A DNA stretch of 64,000 nt from Candidatus Lustribacter sp. (GTDB lineage: Bacteria > Vulcanimicrobiota > Vulcanimicrobiia > Vulcanimicrobiales > Vulcanimicrobiaceae), in NCBI GenBank assembly GCA_965277805.1, contig OZ255842.1, positions 3,968,001-4,032,000 on the forward strand, read 5' to 3'. This document shows, in pieces, positions 55,917 through 64,000 of this stretch. How positions within the stretch are numbered: the first letter of the stretch is position 1; every line of letters begins with the position of its first letter. A program made the translations under genes and the position numbers. The notes beneath the pieces were generated by a model that was given only the letters and a program-made list of their open reading frames with translations, did not search any database and was not told the DNA's origin.

Positions 55917-56615
55917 ATGAGCGTTACCGAAACCTCGCACGCGCTGCCGCGAACCGGCGGCGGAACCTTTCCCGTTACGCAAGTGACGCCGGGCGCGCGT
56001 GCTCCCGGGCTCGTCGTCATCTCCTCTGCGTACGGCGTGACGGACGAGCTGCGCGCAACGATGCGCCGGTACAGCGCGACCGCCGGTTACATCGTGGCCG
56101 CTCCCGATATGTTTTCGCGCACGGTACCGGGACCGCTCGGTCAGAGCGAAGCCGATCGCACCGCCGCGCGCGGACGCCTCGACGGCTTCGACGTTGCGCT
56201 CGGACTCGCCGACATGCGGGCGGTCATGGACGATCTGCGCGCGCGACCCGATTGTAACGGAACGATCGCCGTCATGGGCTACTGCTTCGGCGGCGAGTTC
56301 GCATTTCTGGGAACGACCGAACTCGGCGCGGCCGGCGCGATCTCGTTTCACGGCGTCGGCATCGGCAAACATCTCGACGAGGCCGGCAAAGTCAACGTGC
56401 CGATGAGCTTGCACTTCGGCGAAGACGACCGCTTCGTGCCGAATACCGAAGTCGACGCGATCGAAGCGGCGTTTCGCAATAAGCCGGACGTTGAAGTGTA
56501 CCGTTACGCCGGCGCCAAGCACGGCTTCGTGCAATCCGAATCGGCTGCTTACGATGCGGCGGCGGCGCAACTCTCCGAGGAGCGTGCTCTGGCAATGCTT
56601 GCCCGCTTGAAGTGA
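55917..56615 (+). CDS. Dienelactone hydrolase family
   Basis: GYCFGG, HFGEDD, YAGAKHGF. Confidence 0.92.
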   Translation: MSVTETSHALPRTGGGTFPVTQVTPGARAPGLVVISSAYGVTDELRATMRRYSATAGYIVAAPDMFSRTVPGPLGQSEADRTAARGRLDGFDVALGLADMRAVMDDLRARPDCNGTIAVMGYCFGGEFAFLGTTELGAAGAISFHGVGIGKHLDEAGKVNVPMSLHFGEDDRFVPNTEVDAIEAAFRNKPDVEVYRYAGAKHGFVQSESAAYDAAAAQLSEERALAMLARLK

Positions 56616-57841
56616 GCGAGACCGCCGTCGAAGCGCCGGATCCGGCGTGGAAACGGACGCTCGCGCTGATGGTCTGCGTGCAGGCGGTGATGTCGGCGCA
56701 GATCTACTATTCCTCGCCGTTCTTTCCGCAATTTCTCGAACAGAACGGCGTCTTTCCGCTCAGCAGCGTCGAGGTATGGGCCGGCGCGATCCTCTCGGCG
56801 AGCGCGCTGTCATCGGCCGTCTTCTCGCCGATCTGGGGCGGCATCGGCGATCGCATCGGCCGCAAGCAGATGGTGTGGCGTTCGGCGGTTGCCGCCAGCC
56901 TCGCGATGGGCCTGACGGGCTTGTGCACGACTCCGTGGGAGATGCTCGGCATCCGCGTCATCTCGGGTGTGTTCGCGGGATTTTCCACCTCGGCGATGGC
57001 GCTGGTTGCTACGCAAGTGCCGGAAGCGCGTCTCGGCTACGCGCTGGGCTGGCTCTCGACCGGACAGATCACGGGCGCGCTCATCGGCCCGCTCCTAGGC
57101 GGTTTGCTGGCCGATCATTTGCATAACTACCGGCTCGTTTTCTTTTTGTCCAGCGGCGCGACGATGCTCGTTTCGGTGCTGTGCGTCGCGTTCGTGCACG
57201 AGGTGCGGCGGCCGGGTTCCCACATGGAACGTCACACGGCCTCGTTCTTGGAGCGGCTGCGCGGCATCGCGCAGCATCCCGATTTCGCACCGATGTTTCT
57301 GGTCATCATGCTGGCACAGATCTGCTCAATCGGGCTCTCTCCGATCCTGCCGATCTTCGTCCGCGACATCTTGGGCGACGTGCCGTATCAAACCACGATC
57401 ACCGGCGCCGCGATCGCGGTCACCGGCGTCGCGGGGTTGGTGAGCGCGCCGTTTCTGGGCCGGCGCAGTGACGAGATCGGTTACCGCCGGGTCTTGCTGA
57501 TCACGCTCTCGGGTGCCGCGGTGTTCACGCTGCCGCAAGCGTTCGTCTCGAATATCTGGGAATTCGTGACGCTGCGGTTCGGCGTCGGCGTGTTCTTGGG
57601 CGGCATCTTGCCGAGCGCCAACGCGATCATCGGCCGCATCGCAAAGCCCGAGATGCGCGGTCAAGTGTACGGCCTCACCTCCACGGCGCAGTTCCTTGGA
57701 CGCTTCGTCGGCCCGCTGCTGGGCTCGACCATCGCGGCGTCCTTTGGGATCCCGGCGACCTTCGCGGTCATCGGCTGCCTCATGGTCGTCAACGTGGTGT
57801 GGGTTGCAGCGCGCGTCGGTCGTGGTATGCTTGACGCATGA
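56612..57841 (+). CDS. MFS transporter (DHA1/MdtG-like)
   Basis: SPIWGGIGDRIGRK motif A, GPLLGG, about 12 TM. Confidence 0.93.
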   Translation: MSETAVEAPDPAWKRTLALMVCVQAVMSAQIYYSSPFFPQFLEQNGVFPLSSVEVWAGAILSASALSSAVFSPIWGGIGDRIGRKQMVWRSAVAASLAMGLTGLCTTPWEMLGIRVISGVFAGFSTSAMALVATQVPEARLGYALGWLSTGQITGALIGPLLGGLLADHLHNYRLVFFLSSGATMLVSVLCVAFVHEVRRPGSHMERHTASFLERLRGIAQHPDFAPMFLVIMLAQICSIGLSPILPIFVRDILGDVPYQTTITGAAIAVTGVAGLVSAPFLGRRSDEIGYRRVLLITLSGAAVFTLPQAFVSNIWEFVTLRFGVGVFLGGILPSANAIIGRIAKPEMRGQVYGLTSTAQFLGRFVGPLLGSTIAASFGIPATFAVIGCLMVVNVVWVAARVGRGMLDA

Positions 57842-58023
57842 ACGCGGCGACGGCAGCCACCGCCACGCCCGGATCGACCGGGGTGATCGCGCACGTCTCC
57901 GACAGCCCGGTCTACATCGCCCCGGCCTCGCATCAGTTCCTGATCGCGCCGGCGGGCAAAGTCATCATTCCGGTCCAGGAAAAGACGGCCGGCATCGGCA
58001 TCCACGCCGACCACAGCTCCTAA
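57838..58023 (+). CDS. Small hypothetical protein (61 aa)
   Basis: GC-typical codons, ATGA overlap with the MFS gene, TGgTATGCT 6 nt upstream of the ATG. Confidence 0.5.
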   Translation: MNAATAATATPGSTGVIAHVSDSPVYIAPASHQFLIAPAGKVIIPVQEKTAGIGIHADHSS

Positions 58024-58721
58024 ACCACGCCCGAGAACGAGACGAAGCCTTCGCGCCGTCCGCTGAGAAACGCGCGGACGTCGCTTGCGAGACGCGCGAT
58101 CTCGACCGCATCGAACGGGTAGTGCGCGCCCGCGGCCGGTTCGAACAGATCGGCGAATTGGCGGCCGTCGCGCACGTTCGATCCGACGCACGTCAAGCGC
58201 ACGCCGTCGTCGCCCGCGGGCCGCAGCGTGGCCGAGAGATGACCGACGGCAAAGCGCATCGAGTTGTCGATGAGCGGGCCTTCTTCCACCGGACCTAAAC
58301 CGCGGCGCGCGCGGGCGCTGGCGTCGGGATCGGGATCCGGCCGTAAGATCAGCGCGCTGCGAAAGCCCGCCTCCAGTTCGACGACGAGTTCGCGCGCCAC
58401 GAGTTCGTACGTCGGCGGCGCACTCGCCGGCATCTCTTCGAACGGACGATCGCGCACGTCGATCTGAAACGACGGGCGCAATGCAACGCGCAGCAGGTCG
58501 CCGATCACGGTCAGCATGTCCGAACCGCGGAACGTCACCAGCGGCAATTCCGCGTCGTCGACGATCCGCGTCACCGGATTCGCGCCGGCGTTCGGACGAT
58601 CGAAAAGACGGAACGTACCGCTGCGATAGACCGCGGTTCCGCGCAGATCTTTGGCGCGCAGCAAGGCGGTCCAAACTTGCTTGCCATCGAGCGCGCGCAG
58701 ACGCTCGAACGTCGCATCCAT
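58020..58721 (-). CDS. Hypothetical protein
   Basis: Globular-looking ORF filling the gap; start re-called at ATG 58721; no recognised motif. Confidence 0.6.
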   Translation of the reverse strand: MDATFERLRALDGKQVWTALLRAKDLRGTAVYRSGTFRLFDRPNAGANPVTRIVDDAELPLVTFRGSDMLTVIGDLLRVALRPSFQIDVRDRPFEEMPASAPPTYELVARELVVELEAGFRSALILRPDPDPDASARARRGLGPVEEGPLIDNSMRFAVGHLSATLRPAGDDGVRLTCVGSNVRDGRQFADLFEPAAGAHYPFDAVEIARLASDVRAFLSGRREGFVSFSGVV

Positions 58722-58758
58722 ACGGAGGCTTTCAGTATTGGCGCGGGAAGTTCCGCGC

Positions 58759-59598
58759 ATGGCTACGCACTCGGTCCAGGAACGCGACGTTTCGTACCTG
58801 CAGCACGGCGACCGTTCGTATGAAGCGCACCTGTATCAGCCGGACGGCGACGGTCCGTTTCCGGCGGTCGTCGAGGTGCACGGCGGCGCGTGGACGATGA
58901 ACGACCGCTTCAGCAACGCCGCGCTCGACAAGGCGCTCGCGGCTTCCGGCGTCGTGGTTCTCGCGCTCGACTTCCGCATGCCGCCCGACGGCCGCTATCC
59001 CGACTCCGCGGCCGACGTCAACTACGGCATCCGCTGGCTCAAGGCGCACGCGGCCGAACTGCACACGCGTCCCGAACTCGTCGGCGGCATCGCGACGTCG
59101 AGCGGCGCGCAGACGTTGCTCGTGAACGCACTGCAGCCGCACGATCCGCGCTACACGGCGATTCCGCTCGCCGGCTCGCCGGCCGTCGATGCAACGCTGG
59201 CGTTCGTCGCCGCATGCTGGCCGATCGCCGATCCGCTGGCGCGTTATCACATGGCGAAGGGCAAGGGCAACGACAAGCTCGTCGCCGCGCACGATGCGTA
59301 TTGGCCCGACGAAGCGGCGATGGCCGAAGGCAATCCCCAGCGCATGCTCGAGCGCGGCGATGCCGTTACGCCGTTGCCGCCGCTGTTCATCGCGCAGGGA
59401 ACGAACGACGACAACGTCACGCCCGATATGGCGGATAAGTTCGCTGCCGCCTATCGCAGCGCCGGCGGTTCAGTCGAGCTGAAGAAATTCGAAGGCCAGC
59501 CGCACTCGTTCATCAAGGAACCCGTCTCGCCGGTTGCCGCCGAGGCGATCGAGCTGCTGATCGGTTTCATCCACGACCGCAACAGCGTCGCGCGTTAG
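58759..59598 (+). CDS. Alpha/beta hydrolase (HSL-like)
   Basis: Start re-called at ATG 58759. HGGAW, ATSSGA, QGTNDDNV, GQPHSF. Confidence 0.88.
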   Translation: MATHSVQERDVSYLQHGDRSYEAHLYQPDGDGPFPAVVEVHGGAWTMNDRFSNAALDKALAASGVVVLALDFRMPPDGRYPDSAADVNYGIRWLKAHAAELHTRPELVGGIATSSGAQTLLVNALQPHDPRYTAIPLAGSPAVDATLAFVAACWPIADPLARYHMAKGKGNDKLVAAHDAYWPDEAAMAEGNPQRMLERGDAVTPLPPLFIAQGTNDDNVTPDMADKFAAAYRSAGGSVELKKFEGQPHSFIKEPVSPVAAEAIELLIGFIHDRNSVAR

Positions 59599-59604
59599 CG
59601 GGGA

Positions 59605-60147
59605 TTAACTCGCGGGCGCCTTCAGCCGGTAGAGCACGTGCCTGCGCAGCGGGTGGCCGGCTGCGATGTAGGGATTATCGAAGTCGTCGTTCGGATCGCG
59701 CGTCATGCCGAGACGTTGCATCACGCGCTGCGAGCGCACGTTGACGGGCGTCGTGATCGCGACGATTTCGGACCGCTTCAGTTCGCCGAACGCAAAGTCG
59801 AGCGCGGCGCGCGCACCTTCGGTGGCATAGCCCTTGCCCCAGTGGTCGTAAGCGAACCACCAGCCGATCTCCATCGCCGGCGTGAAGTGCGAGTCGAACG
59901 GGATCTCTTGCAGCACGATGACGCCGACAAACGACGCTCCGCCCTTGACCTCGACCGGCCACCAACCGTACCCCTCCCGTTCCAACCGTTCCCGCATGCG
60001 CACGAGACTTGCCTCCGACTGCGCGCGCGTGTAGGTCGACGGAAAGTGCTCCATCACGCGCGGATCGGCGCTCAATTCCACCCACGGATCGACATCACTG
60101 TCGCGCCACGAACGCAGCAGGAGCCGCGGCGTTTCGAGCGTCCCCAT
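59605..60147 (-). CDS. RimJ/RimL-family GNAT acetyltransferase
   Basis: LETPRLLLR, EIGW, WGKGYATEGA, NVRSQRVMQRLGM. Confidence 0.93.
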   Translation of the reverse strand: MGTLETPRLLLRSWRDSDVDPWVELSADPRVMEHFPSTYTRAQSEASLVRMRERLEREGYGWWPVEVKGGASFVGVIVLQEIPFDSHFTPAMEIGWWFAYDHWGKGYATEGARAALDFAFGELKRSEIVAITTPVNVRSQRVMQRLGMTRDPNDDFDNPYIAAGHPLRRHVLYRLKAPAS

Positions 60148-60153
60148 TCGCCG

Positions 60154-60921
60154 TTAGCCGCGATCGATGAACGACGGCATTTGGTTGGGAAGGATCGTCG
60201 CTTCGTACAGGTTCACTTCGTCCGGCAGCGTGGCCATCAAGACCGCGATACGCGCCACGTCCGAAGCCGCCATCACGTATTGCTGCGGCGTCGGTCCGGG
60301 ACCGGCTTTGGGCTCGCGGCCCACGGTCTGACGAGTGAAGCCGCTCAGCGTGGAGCCCGCATGAATGATCGAGGCGACGACGCCGTACGCGCGGCCGTCG
60401 CGCGTGACCTGATGCGTAAGCCCATGCAGCGCATGCTTCGTCGCCGTATACGCGAGTGAATCGGGCCGCGGCGTCTTCTGCGACACGCTCCCCATCGTGA
60501 TGATGCGGCCGCCTTGCGGGTCTTGCGCCTTCATCATCTTCACCGCTTCGCGCGTGGCGATGAACGCGGCGGTGAGGTTGACCGCAATCACGTCATTCCA
60601 AAAGTCGAGCGACATCTCGTCGATCGGCTTGTGTGCCGTGATGCCGGCATTGTTCACCAGCACGTCGAGCCGCCCGAAGTTGCTCTTCGCAGCCTCGAAT
60701 AATTTGATCACGTCGGCTTCGTTTCGGACGTCGCCGGGCACCGGGAGCGCTTTGCCCCCGGCGCTCGTGATGGCAGATGCCACGCGGTCGAGCTCCGCCA
60801 CCTTTCTGCCGCCCAATATCACCGTCGCGCCCTCGGCTCCAAACGCCGTCGCAATCCCCTCGCCGATGCCGCCGCTCGCGCCCGTCACGATCGCGATCCG
60901 GCCAGTCATTTGTGCTGCCAT
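60154..60921 (-). CDS. SDR oxidoreductase
   Basis: TGASGGIG, NNAG, YTATKHA. Confidence 0.93.
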   Translation of the reverse strand: MAAQMTGRIAIVTGASGGIGEGIATAFGAEGATVILGGRKVAELDRVASAITSAGGKALPVPGDVRNEADVIKLFEAAKSNFGRLDVLVNNAGITAHKPIDEMSLDFWNDVIAVNLTAAFIATREAVKMMKAQDPQGGRIITMGSVSQKTPRPDSLAYTATKHALHGLTHQVTRDGRAYGVVASIIHAGSTLSGFTRQTVGREPKAGPGPTPQQYVMAASDVARIAVLMATLPDEVNLYEATILPNQMPSFIDRG

Positions 60922-60967
60922 GTGCTACGGTGTATCCTTCACTCCTAGCGTCTACCTCCAAAACCGC

Positions 60968-62232
60968 CTAATAACTTTGAGCGTCCGCGAGTCGCCGCAG
61001 TGCGAACAGTGCACGGCCTCTTCGTGAGAAATTCTCGGCACGGAGTTCATAGATTGGTCGTCCCTGCTGATCTTGAGCCGCGCTCTCCGTCATTCCAAAT
61101 AATTCGCAGAGCCGTTTACCCTCGGACGTCCAGCCGACGGCGGCGATTTTCGTGACGCGAATTTGGCACTCACGAACGAGGTCTATCAATTGATTGATCG
61201 CGGCCTGCATCAAGTGCTCAAACGCACCTTGGAATGCGCCGTCGCGAACGTTCCGTGCTACCGGATCGATAACAATCGACATGACGTAGAGTTGGAGATC
61301 CCCACCTTGCTGGTATGGCACGATATCGAAATCTCTGATTTTGCTGTCGTCCTGCTCGCCTCGAAGAATTGCGTCGTAGGTGGCAGCTTTCACCGGCATG
61401 AGATTCACATAACCCAGAACATGATCCGGAGAGCCCCTCTCAAGTAGGAACACGTAAATTGCGGGATTTACCTTCACCCAGTCCAGGGCAACACCACGCT
61501 CTATTAGCTCGTGCTCTTTGGCCACGCCATCAGCCAGATAGCACTTGAGGTCGAGTTCATGGCACTTATTCAATAACTCTTCGAAGCGTTCGTACGAATC
61601 GATGTCGCGACCCAATAGTATCTCAAAATTGTACCGGTTCTGGTTGAGAAATGGTAACCATTGATGTTCTATGGAGTCGAGCCCGTAATAGTCACCATGC
61701 TCGTACTCGGAGAACGGATGCTCTTCGAGCAGCGATGACTTAAACGAGAATCCCTCCGCACCGCTCGCTCCCGTATGCGGGACGGCCAGATTGACGAGTC
61801 TCACCCAGTTATCGCGGTCGCCGGTATCATTGCGAATGAGGCATACCTGATTTCGCCCGATGAGTTGACCCCAGTTGAAATCGCTCGGCAGAATGCTGCC
61901 GCATAAAGAATTTTATCGAACTTGATATCGCGATATTTCAACATCGCGTTACCCACCACGTAGGTGCCGAAACTATGAGCGACTATGGAGGGTCGAGCGC
62001 CGCTCCTAAGTGCTTTCGATCGCTCAAAATACCACGTCGCGAACGACTCGACGATTTTTACCCGTTGCCGCGGCAACAGGAACTTGACTAAACCGAAGTT
62101 GCCGAAATCGAATGAAGCAGTCGCAATGCCGTCAGCACTGAGGACGTCCCCAAGTCCCTTTTGCCAAGCGCCGCGAGTTCGGATCCCATGGATTGACATC
62201 ACCAGCGGGCGGCTTTGATAAATCATGATCAC
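60968..62232 (-). pseudogene. Frameshifted alpha/beta-hydrolase + GNAT-like fusion (about 420 aa if restored) in an AT-rich islet
   Basis: The 5' ORF (IHGIRT, AHSFG, FDKIL) continues in another frame as LCGSILPSDFNW...NDTGDRDNWV into ORF 60968-61804 (EHGDYY, GYVNLMP, LYVMSIVIDP, SEGKRLCELFG). One base is missing near 61905. Confidence 0.75.
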
Positions 62233-62294
62233 CCATAGATCAGGCTTTACCGATGGGTCGTTTGCTTCTGCCTAGACGGCGCCGGCCCGAGCCG

Positions 62295-63590
62295 TTAGGC
62301 TAGGACCGGTTCGGCTGCTTTTTCTCGTGCCTGATTGTATTCTTCGAATACCTTGATCAGGTCGGGGATGAATGGCGAGAACTGCACTTGCGTACGGCGG
62401 ATTTGGCTCTCAAAACCATCGCTGAAGTGCGCTTTGTTCTTTTCGACCGGGATATCGAGCGCGTTGTTCTCGGCGGGATCGCGGATCACGCCGATCGGGT
62501 CTTCACCGCGCGCGACCTTGGCCATTTCGCGTTGCAGCATCTTGCGGAATTGGATGACGCCGGTGTCGGTCGTGCCGAGCTTCTCGAGATGGCGCAGTGC
62601 GATCGGGCCTTGCGTGACCCACGCCATCACGTCTTGCGCGTCGATGATGTCGAGCCGGAACTCGCCCTGCTTGTCGCGATACGGGAAATCATAGAGCGGA
62701 ACGCGATCGAGCAGCTTTTGCGGCACTTGCATGCCTTCGGGCGGTTCGTAGGCGATGTACCAGTAGTGCATCGACGTCGTATCGTCGAGCGGCACGCGCA
62801 TTTGATATGCGTGGAACTTCCAGACTTTGCCGCCGCCGCTGCCGACCGCGAGAATATTCGGGAAGAGCACCGGGTGCCCGACGCGCCAATCGTCTGAATC
62901 TTCCGATGCGCCCTCGAGCAAACGGCGCTTGTAGATGCCGTACTTGAATTCTTGAAACGCGATCTTGAGGTGCTTGCGCGAGATCTGATAGTGCGTGCCG
63001 GCGAAGCCGCTCTTCTCTTCAACGAACTCTTGCAATTTGCCGTGCAGCCACTCGGTGTGCACGGGGTCGAGCGAGTTCTCCATGATCTGCAGCCAATTGC
63101 ACGGAATGATGGCCTGACCGATTTGGCGGATGGCGCCGTCGACGACGAAACCGGGCCAGCGCGGCAAGAGCGGCGCGGGTAACGGACCCATGTATGCAAA
63201 GATCAATCCGCCGAGCGCTTGCACGGGATAACCGGTGGTCGCGGTCTTCTCTTTGAACGTGCTGCCGTCGGGTTCGTTGGGATGATTGATGCACGCCCCT
63301 GAGGCGTCGAACTGCCAGCCGTGATAGGGACAGCGAATGCCGACTTCTTGCGGGATGCCGTAGGCCAGCGATGCGCGCCGGTGCGGGCAGAACTCCGCGA
63401 CGAGGCCCAGCACGCCGCTGCGATCGCGGAACAGCACGAGATCCTCGCCGAGCAGGCGGACGCGCTTGGTCCAGGCGTCTTTCAGCTCCTCAACGGCGGC
63501 AATCGGATGCCAGTACCGGCGCTGGAGTTCGCCCATCGGCGTTCCCGGGCCGACCAGCGTGAGGTGCGTGTTTTCAAGCTCGCTAAGCAT
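62295..63590 (-). CDS. Rieske oxygenase alpha subunit (LigX/phthalate dioxygenase-like)
   Basis: LTLVGPGTPMGELQRRYWHPI, CPH...CPYH, ENSLDPVHTEWLH, QDVMAWVTQG. Confidence 0.93.
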   Translation of the reverse strand: MLSELENTHLTLVGPGTPMGELQRRYWHPIAAVEELKDAWTKRVRLLGEDLVLFRDRSGVLGLVAEFCPHRRASLAYGIPQEVGIRCPYHGWQFDASGACINHPNEPDGSTFKEKTATTGYPVQALGGLIFAYMGPLPAPLLPRWPGFVVDGAIRQIGQAIIPCNWLQIMENSLDPVHTEWLHGKLQEFVEEKSGFAGTHYQISRKHLKIAFQEFKYGIYKRRLLEGASEDSDDWRVGHPVLFPNILAVGSGGGKVWKFHAYQMRVPLDDTTSMHYWYIAYEPPEGMQVPQKLLDRVPLYDFPYRDKQGEFRLDIIDAQDVMAWVTQGPIALRHLEKLGTTDTGVIQFRKMLQREMAKVARGEDPIGVIRDPAENNALDIPVEKNKAHFSDGFESQIRRTQVQFSPFIPDLIKVFEEYNQAREKAAEPVLA

Positions 63591-63628
63591 GGCATGTACC
63601 GTTCGGCGGCTGGCCGAAATCCCCTCAG

Positions 63629-64000
63629 ATGATCGATCGGCGGCCCGTGCGTGCCATTGCCGTGAGCGTCCTTTGCTTCGCGCTTGCGCCGGCGCCGGGC
63701 GTTGCGCAGCAGTCTTACCATTTGCGCGTCGGCACCGCGCCGGTAGAAGTCGGGGCGCTCGCGTTCTACGCAGCCGACCAAGGATTCTTCAAAAAAGCCG
63801 GCCTCGACGTCGAGCTCGTCGCGATGGCGAACGGTCCGGCGATCGCGGCCGCGGTCGCCTCGGGCACGCTCGACGCCGGATCCGCGAACGCGCTTTCGAT
63901 CGCGCTCGCGCACGAGCGCGGCCTGAACTTCGTCTACGTTTGCCCCGGCGGCGCATACACGAGTGCCGTACCGACGGCCGGCCTCGTGGTCGCCAAAACG
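63629..64000 (+). CDS. ABC substrate-binding protein, SsuA/NMT1 family (runs off window)
   Basis: Not in ORF track; read manually: MIDRRPVRAIAV...FYAADQGFFKKAGLDVELVAMANGPAIAAAVASGTLDAG. Confidence 0.85.
   Translation, partial: MIDRRPVRAIAVSVLCFALAPAPGVAQQSYHLRVGTAPVEVGALAFYAADQGFFKKAGLDVELVAMANGPAIAAAVASGTLDAGSANALSIALAHERGLNFVYVCPGGAYTSAVPTAGLVVAKT

Noticed and set aside
60944-62275. CCTAG at both edges of the AT-rich islet as a target-site duplication
   Set aside because: Only 5 bp, with no terminal inverted repeats or transposase; insufficient to call a mobile element.

Overview
This is a high-GC bacterial chromosomal window. The lpxD gene indicates a diderm envelope. The gene style (Vgb-repeat lipoprotein, many Tat-exported SsuA/NMT1 binding proteins) suggests Eremiobacterota/Vulcanimicrobiota or a related lineage; this is inference only. 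Bases 1-9.3 kb hold the 5' half of the dcw cluster on the minus strand (mraZ-rsmH-ftsL-ftsI-murE-murF-X-mraY-murD), where X is an unexpected CofE/F420-0:gamma-glutamyl-ligase-family gene coupled to both neighbours. The rest is a large accessory region for aromatic or heterocycle catabolism: three Rieske oxygenases, a hydantoinase fusion, an orphan Mo-hydroxylase subunit, CoA transferases, ring-fission hydrolases, ABC transporters and LysR/MarR/HxlR regulators. It also contains several unexplained modules: (1) two paralogous 3-HAO-like cupin-rubredoxin genes around a Rieske ferredoxin; (2) a heme-c beta-propeller with a His-rich membrane protein and a multicopper oxidase; (3) an orphan EutA; (4) an AT-rich, frameshifted alpha/beta-hydrolase-GNAT gene that may be a defence effector. 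I found no rRNA, tRNA, CRISPR array, integrase or transposase. All product calls come from motif recognition by eye, not from database searches.
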